The position numbers and the translations under genes are program-made. From a virus: DNA of 64,000 nt. Below the pieces are notes generated by a model that ran no database searches, was not told the origin of the DNA, and was given only the letters and a program-made list of their open reading frames with translations. The stretch lies in the IMG/VR virus record IMGVR_UViG_3300021437_000011, positions 1 to 64,000 of that record. One strand, 5' to 3'. Positions 1-9,832 of this stretch are shown piece after piece. Position 1 is the first letter of the stretch; every line of letters starts with the position of its first letter.

Positions 1-261
1 TGCGCCCATACGGGCCAGTCGAGACACATTTTAGCTGGGAAAAGCTCATTCTTGAGATGCTGGCTTATTTTTTCGAGCGTCGGGAAAAACCATAACGATT
101 GATACAGATCGATCTTCTTTTGCTCCCAAGCCCTACGCTTATGGCGCTTGCGCCTTACGTTCATGCTGGCCATGGGGCGCTCCGTGGTCGGATAACTCCG
201 CCGCTTGGGTTTAAAGCGTGAGCAGCTCGCCAGTGGGCGACGAAGCTATCCGATTCCTGCG

Positions 262-711
262 TCATCCTGTTGTCGTGCTCCCATAAGGCCGTGGCCCAGT
301 CATCGCCTCTCCCATATAGACCGTGGGGGCGAGAGGGCCGCTGTAGTGAGGGCTGCTGTAGTCCTGGGGAGTGTAGGAAGTCGCCAAGGCGTTTGGACGT
401 CCAGCGCGCTCAATCTTTTGCAAGCCGCAGATCATTTCGTGGTAAAGGCGATCAATGCGGTCTGCTAGCGCCGCCTGGCGGATTTCCATTCGCATCAACA
501 TGCCCTGCATGTCGAAATTCTCTCCCGCGCCAAGCCGCTCCGCAATCGCGCCAAGCGCATAAACATTGGTCGGCCCGTCTTCCATGCGCAGCATTGTCGG
601 CCCGCCATAATCCGACTCGCCAGCGCGCCACCATACGCCGTTGTTCCCCCTGTACGCCGGGGCGCGAACGGTCTCTCCCTCTATAGTCCAGTCTCCAATC
701 ACCCAGTTCAT
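262..711 (-). CDS. hypothetical protein
   Basis: 149-aa ORF in a leftward run of overlapping small ORFs. Confidence 0.55.
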   Translation of the reverse strand: MNWVIGDWTIEGETVRAPAYRGNNGVWWRAGESDYGGPTMLRMEDGPTNVYALGAIAERLGAGENFDMQGMLMRMEIRQAALADRIDRLYHEMICGLQKIERAGRPNALATSYTPQDYSSPHYSGPLAPTVYMGEAMTGPRPYGSTTTG

Positions 712-1120
712 GCATAGACCTCAATGAACATGTTCCGCACTCGCAGCATCCGTACGCTGACGACAGTGCAACGTTGTGAGGGCTAGCGTAAGTGAACGGC
801 GAATGAGCGTCAACTCCCTTGATCTTTGCCTAATGCGCCATGCTTTTTTCCAGCCCTTTCTAGAGCCGTCAAGGATGGCGTCAATCAATCTAAGCCGTGT
901 CGGGCAAGCCATTTTATGCTTTCTGCACAGAGTAGTTTAAGCCAGCGGCCAATCTGGAAAGCGTCTCAGTCAAAATCAGAGTTTGTGGACGTCGCTGTTG
1001 GCGTATGCTTCGCTTACTCTGAAGATAAAATATTCCTTTTCTGGCAAAAGTCAAGCTTTTACTAAAATTTTCCTTTGAAAACATGCACAAAATTACCCCT
1101 CCCCGCTGCGATTTTATGTG

Positions 1121-1149
1121 TTGACATAGTCGCGAATATCGTCTATGAT
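1121..1149 (+). promoter_or_regulatory. sigma70-type promoter with ACATAGT operator half-site
   Basis: TTGACA(1121)-17 bp-TATGAT(1144), upstream of a GAGG RBS and ATG 1193. Confidence 0.75.
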
Positions 1150-1192
1150 TTTTACATAGACGAAACCTACTACAAGTAGTGAGGAAGTAGCT

Positions 1193-1390
1193 ATGACGCT
1201 AAAACAAGCTGAAGTAGGGCGGATAGGAGAAGCCGCAATGCCCAAATACGACGCACATACCGCGCTTGTTATCCTTGCCGGAGTCCATGCGATGGCGGAA
1301 AGCAGCAAGGAGTTAATCAACAGGGCGCAATTCCACTTAAATGTGGGTGTTCAGGAGTCTCAACACGTTAACAGCAGCGTAAGGCATTGA
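1193..1390 (+). CDS. hypothetical early protein
   Basis: GAGG RBS, first ORF after the promoter. Confidence 0.5.
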   Translation: MTLKQAEVGRIGEAAMPKYDAHTALVILAGVHAMAESSKELINRAQFHLNVGVQESQHVNSSVRH

Positions 1391-1614
1391 TTTTTAACAG
1401 ATCCACACAGCCACCCACATTTAAGTGGAATTGCGCCATCAACAGCGCCAAAGCCAAATGCAGGTCTGGCGCATTTATAGAATCGCTCACAAAATCTCAC
1501 AACGCCGATCTCCATGCTGTTGACAACGCCAGCCGCATGTTTGTCGAGGCGTATTTTAGAGAAAACGCCTCATTCGCTGACGCCAACCGCGAAATATTTT
1601 GGAAAACACGCTAG
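1387..1614 (+). CDS. hypothetical protein
   Basis: ORF overlapping the previous stop. Confidence 0.4.
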   Translation: MIFNRSTQPPTFKWNCAINSAKAKCRSGAFIESLTKSHNADLHAVDNASRMFVEAYFRENASFADANREIFWKTR

Positions 1615-1633
1615 AATAAAGGAGGCATCTACA

Positions 1634-2005
1634 ATGTATAAAGCCCTGATGTCCACAAGACTTAATGTAAATACAAAGCATCTATCCTGCTACGAAGTTA
1701 GCATATTTCCCGTAGGCGAAGATGCAAAAGAAACAACTTACCAGGATGGACCTGTATACAAGAATATCCGCTATGACGTGGCTGTCCGCAAAACACTAAA
1801 TGAAGTGCTTGCTTGGGCGATGGATCAAATAGGGTTGCCGTGCAAATTCATCCTAACATTCAACACCATAGGTGAAGCAGAGCACATATACCTCAAGCCA
1901 TTTGATTGGAAACCAGAAAAAGGCAAACCAGTAACATACAAGACGCTAGCATCTCGCTTCCCGAATGGAACATCTTTTTCTAGCGATGGGGAAGAATACA
2001 TTTAA
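1634..2005 (+). CDS. hypothetical protein
   Basis: AAGGAGG RBS before ATG 1634; AT-rich. Confidence 0.65.
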   Translation: MYKALMSTRLNVNTKHLSCYEVSIFPVGEDAKETTYQDGPVYKNIRYDVAVRKTLNEVLAWAMDQIGLPCKFILTFNTIGEAEHIYLKPFDWKPEKGKPVTYKTLASRFPNGTSFSSDGEEYI

Positions 2006-2056
2006 TAAATACGGATATGTAACCATAAAGCAACTTTACGTAACGGAGAAATAGTT

Positions 2057-2503
2057 ATGGCCACACACGAAGATATCGCTAACGTGATGCTAACGGCTCA
2101 TGAGATAAGAGAGAAATCTTATGTTCCCTGCTCTCCGCCCGACATTGGCTACTACACCAAATCTGGAGAGCAGGCGTGCGAGGAAGCTTGCGCTGAGTTT
2201 CCAGAGATCCTGAAGGTCGTCAGCACCATGTATCATGAAGGCAAAGCCGAAGGATGGGAGTGGGCCAAGTCAATGGAAAATCGTTCCGCAAAAGTCACCA
2301 TGCGAGGACTCCAACAGCTTTGCGCCACGGCGCGCATTACGGCGTACGCCCGCCTAACCGAGGAGAACGCCAGCAAGATGGAGGTTATGATCCAGGAGAC
2401 AATGAACGCCGTGAACTGTAGGCAGATGGCGCTTAGCGAGGGCGCCGCTTTTATGCGCGTGATGATTGAAGAGATGCGGCGGGGAGGCTCCAATGGCTGT
2501 TGA
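2057..2503 (+). CDS. hypothetical protein
   Basis: GGAG RBS, 148 aa. Confidence 0.65.
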   Translation: MATHEDIANVMLTAHEIREKSYVPCSPPDIGYYTKSGEQACEEACAEFPEILKVVSTMYHEGKAEGWEWAKSMENRSAKVTMRGLQQLCATARITAYARLTEENASKMEVMIQETMNAVNCRQMALSEGAAFMRVMIEEMRRGGSNGC

Positions 2504-2753
2504 ACCTCTTCTCAATCTTCTCAAGCGCACAGAAGCCGTGTTGCGGGCGAAGTCCACACAATGCCTTGGCTCCAATAGCCTTGATCCTCTTGTGCTCGAC
2601 GCGCTTGAAGGCGTCGCCGGTCAGTTCGAAGACCGTGCGGAGCAATGCGCCAGTTGGGCTTTCAATGTCGAACGCTGCGGAGACCGGCTTCCGAAGGACC
2701 GCGAAGACGATATGCGCGGCGCGTGCGCCGAATGGCTGCGGATGGCAAAATAA
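2493..2753 (+). CDS. hypothetical protein
   Basis: GGAGG RBS before ATG 2493, overlaps upstream stop. Confidence 0.6.
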   Translation: MAVEPLLNLLKRTEAVLRAKSTQCLGSNSLDPLVLDALEGVAGQFEDRAEQCASWAFNVERCGDRLPKDREDDMRGACAEWLRMAK

Positions 2754-2816
2754 AGTGGAGAATGCGCTAAGTAATAAAACAGGAGTGGTGGAACAATAGC
2801 AAGGGTTCCCACGAAC

Positions 2817-2862
2817 ACCACGTAACTATGTGTTGACAAATGACATAGTTACGTGGTATATT
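2817..2862 (+). promoter_or_regulatory. sigma70-type promoter inside a 15-bp inverted repeat
   Basis: ACCACGTAACTATGT-(GTTGACAAATG)-ACATAGTTACGTGGT; TTGACA in the loop, TG-n-TATATT -10. Confidence 0.7.
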
Positions 2863-2894
2863 TAAAGCATAGGCAACATAACGGGGAGTATAAA

Positions 2895-3779
2895 ATGATA
2901 TCTACATCACGAGAGCTCATAAAGAAAGAGTCAATAGCCGAATTGGTCGCACACAGGGACCGAGCTATTGAGCTTTACCAAGCCGCTGCTTCCCTAATGG
3001 TGGAAGCAAATAAGTCGGCGAAGCTGGCTTTCCCCTCCCAAAATTACGGAGGGATTGACCGCAACGACGCTGATTTTTTGGTCGGCGCATCCAATCCGGA
3101 TTGCATTGAAAAATTTGTCGCCATCGCCACGCGCAAGATGGATCAAAGCATCTGGCGCCACTTGGTCTTAGCCACTGGCCTTGGAACGTTGATGGACCGC
3201 AAAGCGCTTGATGAATTTCAAGAATCCATTGAGAAGAACCCAGCGCCGGCGACCATGGATAACGTGTGCTCTACGTTCTTCACAAAGAGCGCTGAGGCCC
3301 CTGAGATTTTCGAGCGCGGCTTGGTCAACGCCTTCTCTCATTTGGACCCAGGCTACAAGACCAATAAAGCGTTCAAAATTGGTCCCAAGGTGATCATGGA
3401 TCGCGCGTTTTCGTCAAGCATCTGGCATGACAAAGGTAAGAAGCACCTCAGCCTTTGGTGGAACCATTGGGCTCGCGCTGGCGATGAACTAGCGGACGTT
3501 GAACGCATTCTCCGTTTGCTCGACGGCAAGCCGCCCCTTGAAAACCGAACTTGCGGCATTGTGGGGGCTATTGATCTGGCCAACAGCGCCAAGGGGCGGA
3601 CGGCAGAGACGGAATATTTTTCCGCCAAGTGGTTTGACAAAGGCTCGTTGCATATCGTTTTTAAACGCCTGGATTTGCTGGCAAAAGCCAACAGGATCAT
3701 AGCCAAGCATCATGGCGAGACGATCGCGGATGAAGAGCGCAGGCACAAGTACTCGCGTAACAGGAAGAAAGCGGCCTAA
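2895..3779 (+). CDS. DUF4942-like domain protein
   Basis: Motifs ERGLVNAF..YKTN.AFKIG.KVI, DVERIL..LDGK, YF..KWF.KG.LHI.FKR.DL; GGGGAG RBS. Confidence 0.75.
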   Translation: MISTSRELIKKESIAELVAHRDRAIELYQAAASLMVEANKSAKLAFPSQNYGGIDRNDADFLVGASNPDCIEKFVAIATRKMDQSIWRHLVLATGLGTLMDRKALDEFQESIEKNPAPATMDNVCSTFFTKSAEAPEIFERGLVNAFSHLDPGYKTNKAFKIGPKVIMDRAFSSSIWHDKGKKHLSLWWNHWARAGDELADVERILRLLDGKPPLENRTCGIVGAIDLANSAKGRTAETEYFSAKWFDKGSLHIVFKRLDLLAKANRIIAKHHGETIADEERRHKYSRNRKKAA

Positions 3780-3788
3780 TTTTTTAAT

Positions 3789-3832
3789 CATCTGGTGACT
3801 ATGTGTTGACATAGTCACCAGATGTGCTAAAA
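3789..3832 (+). promoter_or_regulatory. sigma70-type promoter inside a 16-bp perfect inverted repeat
   Basis: CATCTGGTGACTATGT-GTTG-ACATAGTCACCAGATG overlapping TTGACA, then TG-n-TAAAAT. Confidence 0.7.
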
Positions 3833-3858
3833 TCCATCAACCATATTGGAGATGCGCT

Positions 3859-4413
3859 ATGCCCAAAGAGGTAAAACTGCCAGCAACCGCCAAGCTCGTT
3901 TTTGCTTATTACGACCCCCGCATTCTACACGGTAACGGCCTCGCGCTCCATGTGCGGCGAACCAAAGCGCGCGTCTACGTGTGGCGCAACGGATTATGGG
4001 CCATCATGTCGGCCAAGGAGGCCAACGCCCTCATAGCGGAAGCCAAAGCGGCGCAGAGGCGTCACCAAGAGGAAGCGGACACGGAGCGGGAAAAGCAAGC
4101 GTTTATTGATAAGTTGCTGGCCATGCGCGCCAAACAACAGGCGTCAGAGCGGCGGGATGCGCTTTTGGCCTCGGTTGAGGAGGCCGCGCTCAGATTGACG
4201 CTCAAGGCCAGAACACTGGACGAGCGCATAAAGATTAACCATGAGAAAGAGCGGCTAGAAGAAGAGATTAGGGATGGGTTTCGTGCATCATGTGATGACG
4301 ACGAAGATGATTGCTGTGACTACAGAGAGTACTCCTTCGAATTTGAATTGCCAGAAGCATGGAATATTATATCTCCTAACCCAGATCATAACCAGCTTAA
4401 TCTTTGCATTTAG
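3859..4413 (+). CDS. hypothetical coiled-coil protein
   Basis: GGAG RBS, 184 aa. Confidence 0.65.
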   Translation: MPKEVKLPATAKLVFAYYDPRILHGNGLALHVRRTKARVYVWRNGLWAIMSAKEANALIAEAKAAQRRHQEEADTEREKQAFIDKLLAMRAKQQASERRDALLASVEEAALRLTLKARTLDERIKINHEKERLEEEIRDGFRASCDDDEDDCCDYREYSFEFELPEAWNIISPNPDHNQLNLCI

Positions 4414-4423
4414 GGAGAAAAAC

Positions 4424-4648
4424 ATGCCTAGAATTTACGATAGCACTAGTGATCCGATGGATTTCTGCAAGAGATGCTTTCCCACTAAAACCATCGCCCT
4501 CACCAAATACGGGAATATTGGCGAGGGTCCGGACGACAGGGGGAACTGCTTCGCCTACAACGCGGATCACCCTCCTTACGATGAGGATGTAGATTATCCT
4601 TACCACTGCCACAACTGCGGAAACCCCCTGACAGGGAGGGACGAATGA
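4424..4648 (+). CDS. small zinc-ribbon-like protein
   Basis: CxxC ... CxxC; GGGAG RBS. Confidence 0.6.
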   Translation: MPRIYDSTSDPMDFCKRCFPTKTIALTKYGNIGEGPDDRGNCFAYNADHPPYDEDVDYPYHCHNCGNPLTGRDE

Positions 4649-5055
4649 CTCCTAAAAACAACGTTGATGATGCTCAAATGCCAGAAGAACTAGAGATCAT
4701 CAAAGCCTCATCCCTCAATGAAATTGTCGAAGCCACGAGAAAGGCTACTGGCCTTCTCGTGCGATCGGTAAATCCGGGAGGTGACATTGGGGTTTTTGTG
4801 GGTAGGAAGCACCGATGGCTCACACCTCCTGAGACAATATCCGTGGCAAAAGCGATCAAAGAACCTCTAACAAGAGATGAGATGATCGAGCTGGACACTC
4901 TTGTCCACCAACACATCATCTATCTTTTGCGGGAAAGAGAGGAACTAAGACGCCAAAAAGACTACGATTCCACTAAGATATTCACGGAATATCTCAATAG
5001 GCATCAGATGTTACTCTGCAAGCTAAAATCAATGACAGGGATGATGACTGAATGA
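4645..5055 (+). CDS. hypothetical protein
   Basis: ATGA overlaps at both ends. Confidence 0.65.
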   Translation: MTPKNNVDDAQMPEELEIIKASSLNEIVEATRKATGLLVRSVNPGGDIGVFVGRKHRWLTPPETISVAKAIKEPLTRDEMIELDTLVHQHIIYLLREREELRRQKDYDSTKIFTEYLNRHQMLLCKLKSMTGMMTE

Positions 5056-5309
5056 AGATAAGTTATATGCTGGGCCGTTGCGCTAACGGCTGCGAAAGAG
5101 ACAAGGGGAAGCTGCTGCACGCCATTAACAACCACTCATGGCGGGCGGTTTGCGGGGCGGCGCCAGGGAAGCGTTCTGCTGGGTGGAGAGAATATGCGCC
5201 CGGCGAAGATGCTCCGTCAATCTTGGCTGTGACCTGCCCCAAGTGCAGGAAAAACAAGGATTGGAAGGTTCTGGCAGCGGCGTTGCTTAGGGAGACAGAG
5301 GGGGCTTAG
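5052..5309 (+). CDS. small Cys/His-rich protein
   Basis: H..., CG and VTCPKC motifs; ATGA overlap. Confidence 0.6.
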   Translation: MKISYMLGRCANGCERDKGKLLHAINNHSWRAVCGAAPGKRSAGWREYAPGEDAPSILAVTCPKCRKNKDWKVLAAALLRETEGA

Positions 5310-5381
5310 CAAGCCCCCTCTGCGCCATGCAGCGCACAAACACCGGCAGGAGTTAGCGCACACAAGAAGCCCATCCCCCGC

Positions 5382-5885
5382 TTGGGCTCAGGGATGAGGA
5401 TGGCAGGCTTATCTATTCCATGGCAAAAGTCAAGCGGGAGGGCGATCGTGGCCGAGAAGTCAAAACCAAGACCAAAGCCAGAAAATCCTTTCTGGTATAC
5501 CGTTGTCAATAAAGATGGCGTTCCTGTAAGCAAAAGGAGGAGAAGAAAAAATGGCGCGTGGGCTAACGCCGCCGCTAACTTAGGGTATTCAGAACATTAT
5601 TATGACGGATATGAGGGGCAAGAGGAAGTAATCGCTATTCTAAAAAAGCAAGGATACCGCATAGAAGAAAAAGAGACGGTAAGATCCAGAGACAATAAGG
5701 GGGCAGGATGGGAAGCTAAGGAAACCTTTCTCCATATGAGGATATGCCAGTTTGAGCATGATTCTCTAGAGAGAATTAAACATCATTACAGGAGGCAGAA
5801 TAAGGAGGCGACTTTCTCTTGGATTGTAAGAGAGCTAATCGCCGAAAAAATAGCAAAAATGGATAACGACAACAAAAACACATAG
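5382..5885 (+). CDS. hypothetical protein with possible C-terminal ribbon-helix-helix
   Basis: C-terminal TFLHMRI..EHDSLERI...FSWIVRELI resembles RHH; true start probably the GTG near 5448 after GGGAGG. Confidence 0.5.
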   Translation: MGSGMRMAGLSIPWQKSSGRAIVAEKSKPRPKPENPFWYTVVNKDGVPVSKRRRRKNGAWANAAANLGYSEHYYDGYEGQEEVIAILKKQGYRIEEKETVRSRDNKGAGWEAKETFLHMRICQFEHDSLERIKHHYRRQNKEATFSWIVRELIAEKIAKMDNDNKNT

Positions 5886-5991
5886 AAAAGATAGGAAAAT
5901 TCCCCCTTGTGCAAATGACTCATCTTTACATCTTTGATATCCACAAGCAAAGATGTTGCATGGGGACTATGCAAACAGGGGGAAGCTTTCC

Positions 5992-8346
5992 ATGCCTACC
6001 ATTCACGCCCTCCCACCCGCCGCATCCGTCGCTTTGGCGGATGAAGTTCCGATTATGCAGGGGGGGACAACGACGAGAAGGGCCACTTTCACGCAAGTCG
6101 CCGCGGCTATTGGGGGGGGAGGCGGAGGAACGCTAGGGGACTCCATAAATGTTGGGTCCGCCGCCTCTGTCCCGACAACGACAATCCCGGTCGCAATCAA
6201 GCTGATCAGGACATCTGGTTACGCCGCCGCGGGAGATCGGGGCGAAGCGGCTTATGTTCGGGTCGCGACTCAGCCGCCCCATGCAGGGAAAGTCCAGTCC
6301 CAAGATGGGGCTTGGTGGGAAATCGTGTTTCCAGGACCTATCAACGTTCTGGCCTTTGGCGCTGATCCAACTGGCGTCGCCGCCTCTCATGTGGCCATCC
6401 AGGCCGCTATAGATTACGCCATTTACAACGGCTTGTCGGTCCCCTTGTTTGGGCGCGGACGCGTCTACATCCCATGGGGAATTTACAAAATATCCGACGC
6501 GATTCAAGTGGGTTATGGCGAGAATTACCATAGCGTTCTGATCGAAGGGGACGGGCGGAAATACCGCGGGGCCAACAATTTCTGCGGAACCGTCATCAAC
6601 GCGACGTTCAATGACCGCCCCGCCTTCGCGGTCAGCGGCGCTCGTGAAGTCGTCATCCGCCACCTGACGATCTCAGGCATGAACGCCAACTGGGTGTACA
6701 GCCATAATCTCGGGAGCACTGGCGGCGCTACCATCAATGACTTGCTACCAGCCAATTGGGTAGACAGCACATTCCCCGCGTCCGCCACGGCGCAGTATAC
6801 GCCATATTGCGCCATCGCCGTTGATCCGTATGGGGGCGTCGCGCCAACGCCGGCGTATCCAAACGTCACATTCCCGTCATGGTCGGGCATTGTGACGCAG
6901 TACGGCAAAAATTTCTCGACGCTTGTTGATATCGATAGCGTCGAAATGATCGGCTTCGTGGTCGGCGTCGCAATCCAGCCATCGAATATTGATGGAAATG
7001 GCGACTTCGTCCGCATGACCCGATGCCGTTTTGAGGCCATGCAATATGCGGTGTCTGTTGGTCAGACTCAGTCGCGCAATATCCTCCTTGATAACTGCCA
7101 GTTTCTTTGGAACTATTCCATATTTACCACAGCTCAATACGGAAGGCGCTCGGGAAATCCTCAGGTCCTGCTCAATCATTGCGATCTCAATGGCGTCATC
7201 TACGCCTTCGACATCAATTCCATGGATCTGTCGGCGATGGTCAACATCCAATCGATGTACGTCGAGGCGTCATACAGCCTCGGGCGCATCGGTGGAGGCG
7301 GATCGTCAACCACAACCAGCACATTCAACTGTTGCCATTTCAGCATGGACTGGACCGCGAGAGGCGTTCCTGCGTTCCTGCTGGATTGCTCGCTAAGTAT
7401 GACCGGCGCACGGTTCAACACGTGCACGTTCCGGGCCAATCCCGTCGCCACCATTTTTCAATTTGGCGGAGATCCCAGGAGCTTCGAGTTCAACGACTGC
7501 ACAACTTACGTAGGCATAGGCGCAACGCTTTACACCACAAAGCACGCCACCAACGCCACAGGCGGGATTACCGTTGGCATCATGGACCACAAAATATCCA
7601 GGTTCCATGTCAAAGCCCAACAGTATTTTGACTTAAATACGGGGTTAACTCTCGGAGAGCACGACATAGGCGAGATATGCTACGAATCCAATAGACAAAC
7701 ATGCATACCTATCCATACCAACCGTGTTGTATGCCAGACGATAGGTTCTGATCCTGGATATCTATTCCATCATGCATACAACACCATGAATAAAAACGCC
7801 AGCATCACCACGACAGGAAGGGTTGTAACCTTTGATATAACCGCTACTGGCTATAACACAAATCAGCTTAATCAGCGTGGGGGATGGCCAGGAGATGTAA
7901 TCATAGACTCGACGACTGGCGTAGTCTTCTTTGTTACGTCGCTTGTTGGCAACGTCATAACCATGCAGGCGCAAAACGGCTATACCGCAGCGGGGGCTTT
8001 GCTTACGCCGCTGGGGACCACGGGAATTTTCTACACTTTCAGTTCCCGTAGATACACGCCAAGCTATGTCACTTGGTGCACAATGACAGCAGCCGCCGCG
8101 AGCTTAACCGCCTGCGGGCGTGACGACGGCTATCAGGCGTATACGAATAGCACCATAGATGGGTTCCCTGTCGGTGATTTTATCTACGCCGACAACACTT
8201 TCGACAATATCATCCCAATCGCGAGTTCAAACGTCACGGTTAACGCCGGAGCTGGCACAGTAACGTTTGGAGGAAATTTCACTTACTCAAGAACGCATGA
8301 ACGTGTTGTTCTTTTCGTTAGAGTTCCCCCCGCAAACAACACCTAA
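5992..8346 (+). CDS. tailspike / beta-helix (pectate-lyase-like) receptor-binding protein
   Basis: IRTSGYAAAGDRG.A.Y...DGAWW head domain, INVLAFGADPTG...AIQAAID, VYIPWG.Y, then beta-helix-like repeats. Confidence 0.8.
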   Translation: MPTIHALPPAASVALADEVPIMQGGTTTRRATFTQVAAAIGGGGGGTLGDSINVGSAASVPTTTIPVAIKLIRTSGYAAAGDRGEAAYVRVATQPPHAGKVQSQDGAWWEIVFPGPINVLAFGADPTGVAASHVAIQAAIDYAIYNGLSVPLFGRGRVYIPWGIYKISDAIQVGYGENYHSVLIEGDGRKYRGANNFCGTVINATFNDRPAFAVSGAREVVIRHLTISGMNANWVYSHNLGSTGGATINDLLPANWVDSTFPASATAQYTPYCAIAVDPYGGVAPTPAYPNVTFPSWSGIVTQYGKNFSTLVDIDSVEMIGFVVGVAIQPSNIDGNGDFVRMTRCRFEAMQYAVSVGQTQSRNILLDNCQFLWNYSIFTTAQYGRRSGNPQVLLNHCDLNGVIYAFDINSMDLSAMVNIQSMYVEASYSLGRIGGGGSSTTTSTFNCCHFSMDWTARGVPAFLLDCSLSMTGARFNTCTFRANPVATIFQFGGDPRSFEFNDCTTYVGIGATLYTTKHATNATGGITVGIMDHKISRFHVKAQQYFDLNTGLTLGEHDIGEICYESNRQTCIPIHTNRVVCQTIGSDPGYLFHHAYNTMNKNASITTTGRVVTFDITATGYNTNQLNQRGGWPGDVIIDSTTGVVFFVTSLVGNVITMQAQNGYTAAGALLTPLGTTGIFYTFSSRRYTPSYVTWCTMTAAAASLTACGRDDGYQAYTNSTIDGFPVGDFIYADNTFDNIIPIASSNVTVNAGAGTVTFGGNFTYSRTHERVVLFVRVPPANNT

Positions 8347-8874
8347 TCTGTAGTCTGTCGTCCCAAACTTGGCGAGATATTCTTCAAGTTTATGCTCCCT
8401 GCCCTCCCCTTGGGCAGGGAGCTCTACCCATCCCTTCCCAGACCATTCCGGTGGGATGAGGGCAATTCCACTCTTTGAATTATGGCGGACAACGCCAATG
8501 TATTCCTGCGCAAACATCGCCTCCAGATAATCCCGAAGCGCTCGATCTCGGTGGGCGTCGGGTCTCCTTGAATCGCACCAGATCTGAATAATCTTGATCG
8601 CCACGGTTGAATTGTCCGTCAGCGCCAAAGTCAAGAAATCCATGGTCAGATCTATGACGTAACCCGCCAAGTCAGGTCGCTTGAGCTCGGCCAGCTCGGG
8701 ATGGGCGAGCCATGCGCATTGCCATACTTGGCACCCTGGCGGGCGCCGATCATAAATAGCGCATCCCTTCCTGAACCGCTGATGGGGGCATTTCATATTA
8801 GCCTCACTTCCCAGCTCGACGATGGGCATGACACGACAGCACAATTGGCAAGGTCCGCATTTGCGCTCACTCAT
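8287..8874 (-). CDS. YkgJ-like CxxCxxCC cysteine-cluster protein
   Basis: CGPCQLCC...CPH...CAIYDRRP..C...C; ATG 8874 overlaps upstream stop. Confidence 0.75.
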   Translation of the reverse strand: MSERKCGPCQLCCRVMPIVELGSEANMKCPHQRFRKGCAIYDRRPPGCQVWQCAWLAHPELAELKRPDLAGYVIDLTMDFLTLALTDNSTVAIKIIQIWCDSRRPDAHRDRALRDYLEAMFAQEYIGVVRHNSKSGIALIPPEWSGKGWVELPAQGEGREHKLEEYLAKFGTTDYRLGVVCGGNSNEKNNTFMRS

Positions 8875-9155
8875 TTTGGCATGGCCTTTTTCTTTCGCCA
8901 CAGTTCCCGACGACGCGCTAAGCGCTGACAGCGGCGCGCCTGTTTCAGGGTCTCCTCGAATTCCGGATAAACGATTTCCAGCAATTCTGGGATGTCATCA
9001 AGGATAGACATAATTCTATCCACAAGAGGCGGAACTGGAGCCTTTCCCAACTCCCAGTCGCCCACTGTTTGCCGCGACACTCCAGCCAAGTCGCCGAGGT
9101 CCGCCTGTTGCATTCCAAATTTTATTCTTATTTCCCGTAATTTATCGCCAGTCAT
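8871..9155 (-). CDS. XRE-family HTH transcriptional regulator
   Basis: LREIR..GMQQADLGDLAGVSRQTVGDWELG. Confidence 0.9.
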   Translation of the reverse strand: MTGDKLREIRIKFGMQQADLGDLAGVSRQTVGDWELGKAPVPPLVDRIMSILDDIPELLEIVYPEFEETLKQARRCQRLARRRELWRKKKAMPK

Positions 9156-9224
9156 CGCCGCCCCTGTTTTTCGCGATCATATCGCATGATCGCGTCAGGA
9201 TACAACCCACGCGCGACGTTTGTG

Positions 9225-9253
9225 TTGACGTCGGCTTTCCCGACATCTATAAT
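9225..9253 (+). promoter_or_regulatory. sigma70 promoter with TTTCCCGACATC operator
   Basis: TTGACG-17 bp-TATAAT; spacer holds a 12-mer also present in the promoter at 17344-17372. Confidence 0.8.
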
Positions 9254-9363
9254 TACCATACCAATATGGGACTTGTATATTTTTTCTTTGGAAAAACAAG
9301 GAGTTGATATGGAAGACGAAAAAGAAAACGCCGTCACGAGACGGTCCAAGACGGGAGACCGCC

Positions 9364-9678
9364 ATGGCCACACTCATCGTTGCTGATCCCTGGGGAGCCA
9401 CGACAAGGCCGTTAGCGGAGCCAGGAGGCACATGGCGCACCCTCTCAGGAGAAGACACCCCCCACGCAGCACATTGGCGCATTTATCTCGGAGCGCTTCA
9501 GCTCGATTTGTTCGCTCCCCGCAACATGCCCCACGTGTGGTTCATCAGCGCGGCTCCCTTCGCCGACGCGCTAATGGTCGGCGATAGGCTTGGGGCGGAC
9601 AGGGCCAAGATCGTCGCCCAAGCGACTCTTCAGCACATCCTTCATCAGCACATGATGCTCATGGATGGTGCTTTATGA
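9364..9678 (+). CDS. hypothetical protein
   Basis: GGGAG RBS before ATG 9364. Confidence 0.55.
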   Translation: MATLIVADPWGATTRPLAEPGGTWRTLSGEDTPHAAHWRIYLGALQLDLFAPRNMPHVWFISAAPFADALMVGDRLGADRAKIVAQATLQHILHQHMMLMDGAL

Positions 9679-9832
9679 AATTAATCGCGGTCGGCGCAGA
9701 GTGATGAGACCTCTGCGCCGATCTAACCATCAGCAAAGGATTGCACGGACCAATGCATCAGGATGCCTTAGCCATAACCGCGGCTTTGCGCGGTTGGCAA
9801 CAAAAAACCTTCTGCGCTTGCGGGAGGTCGAA

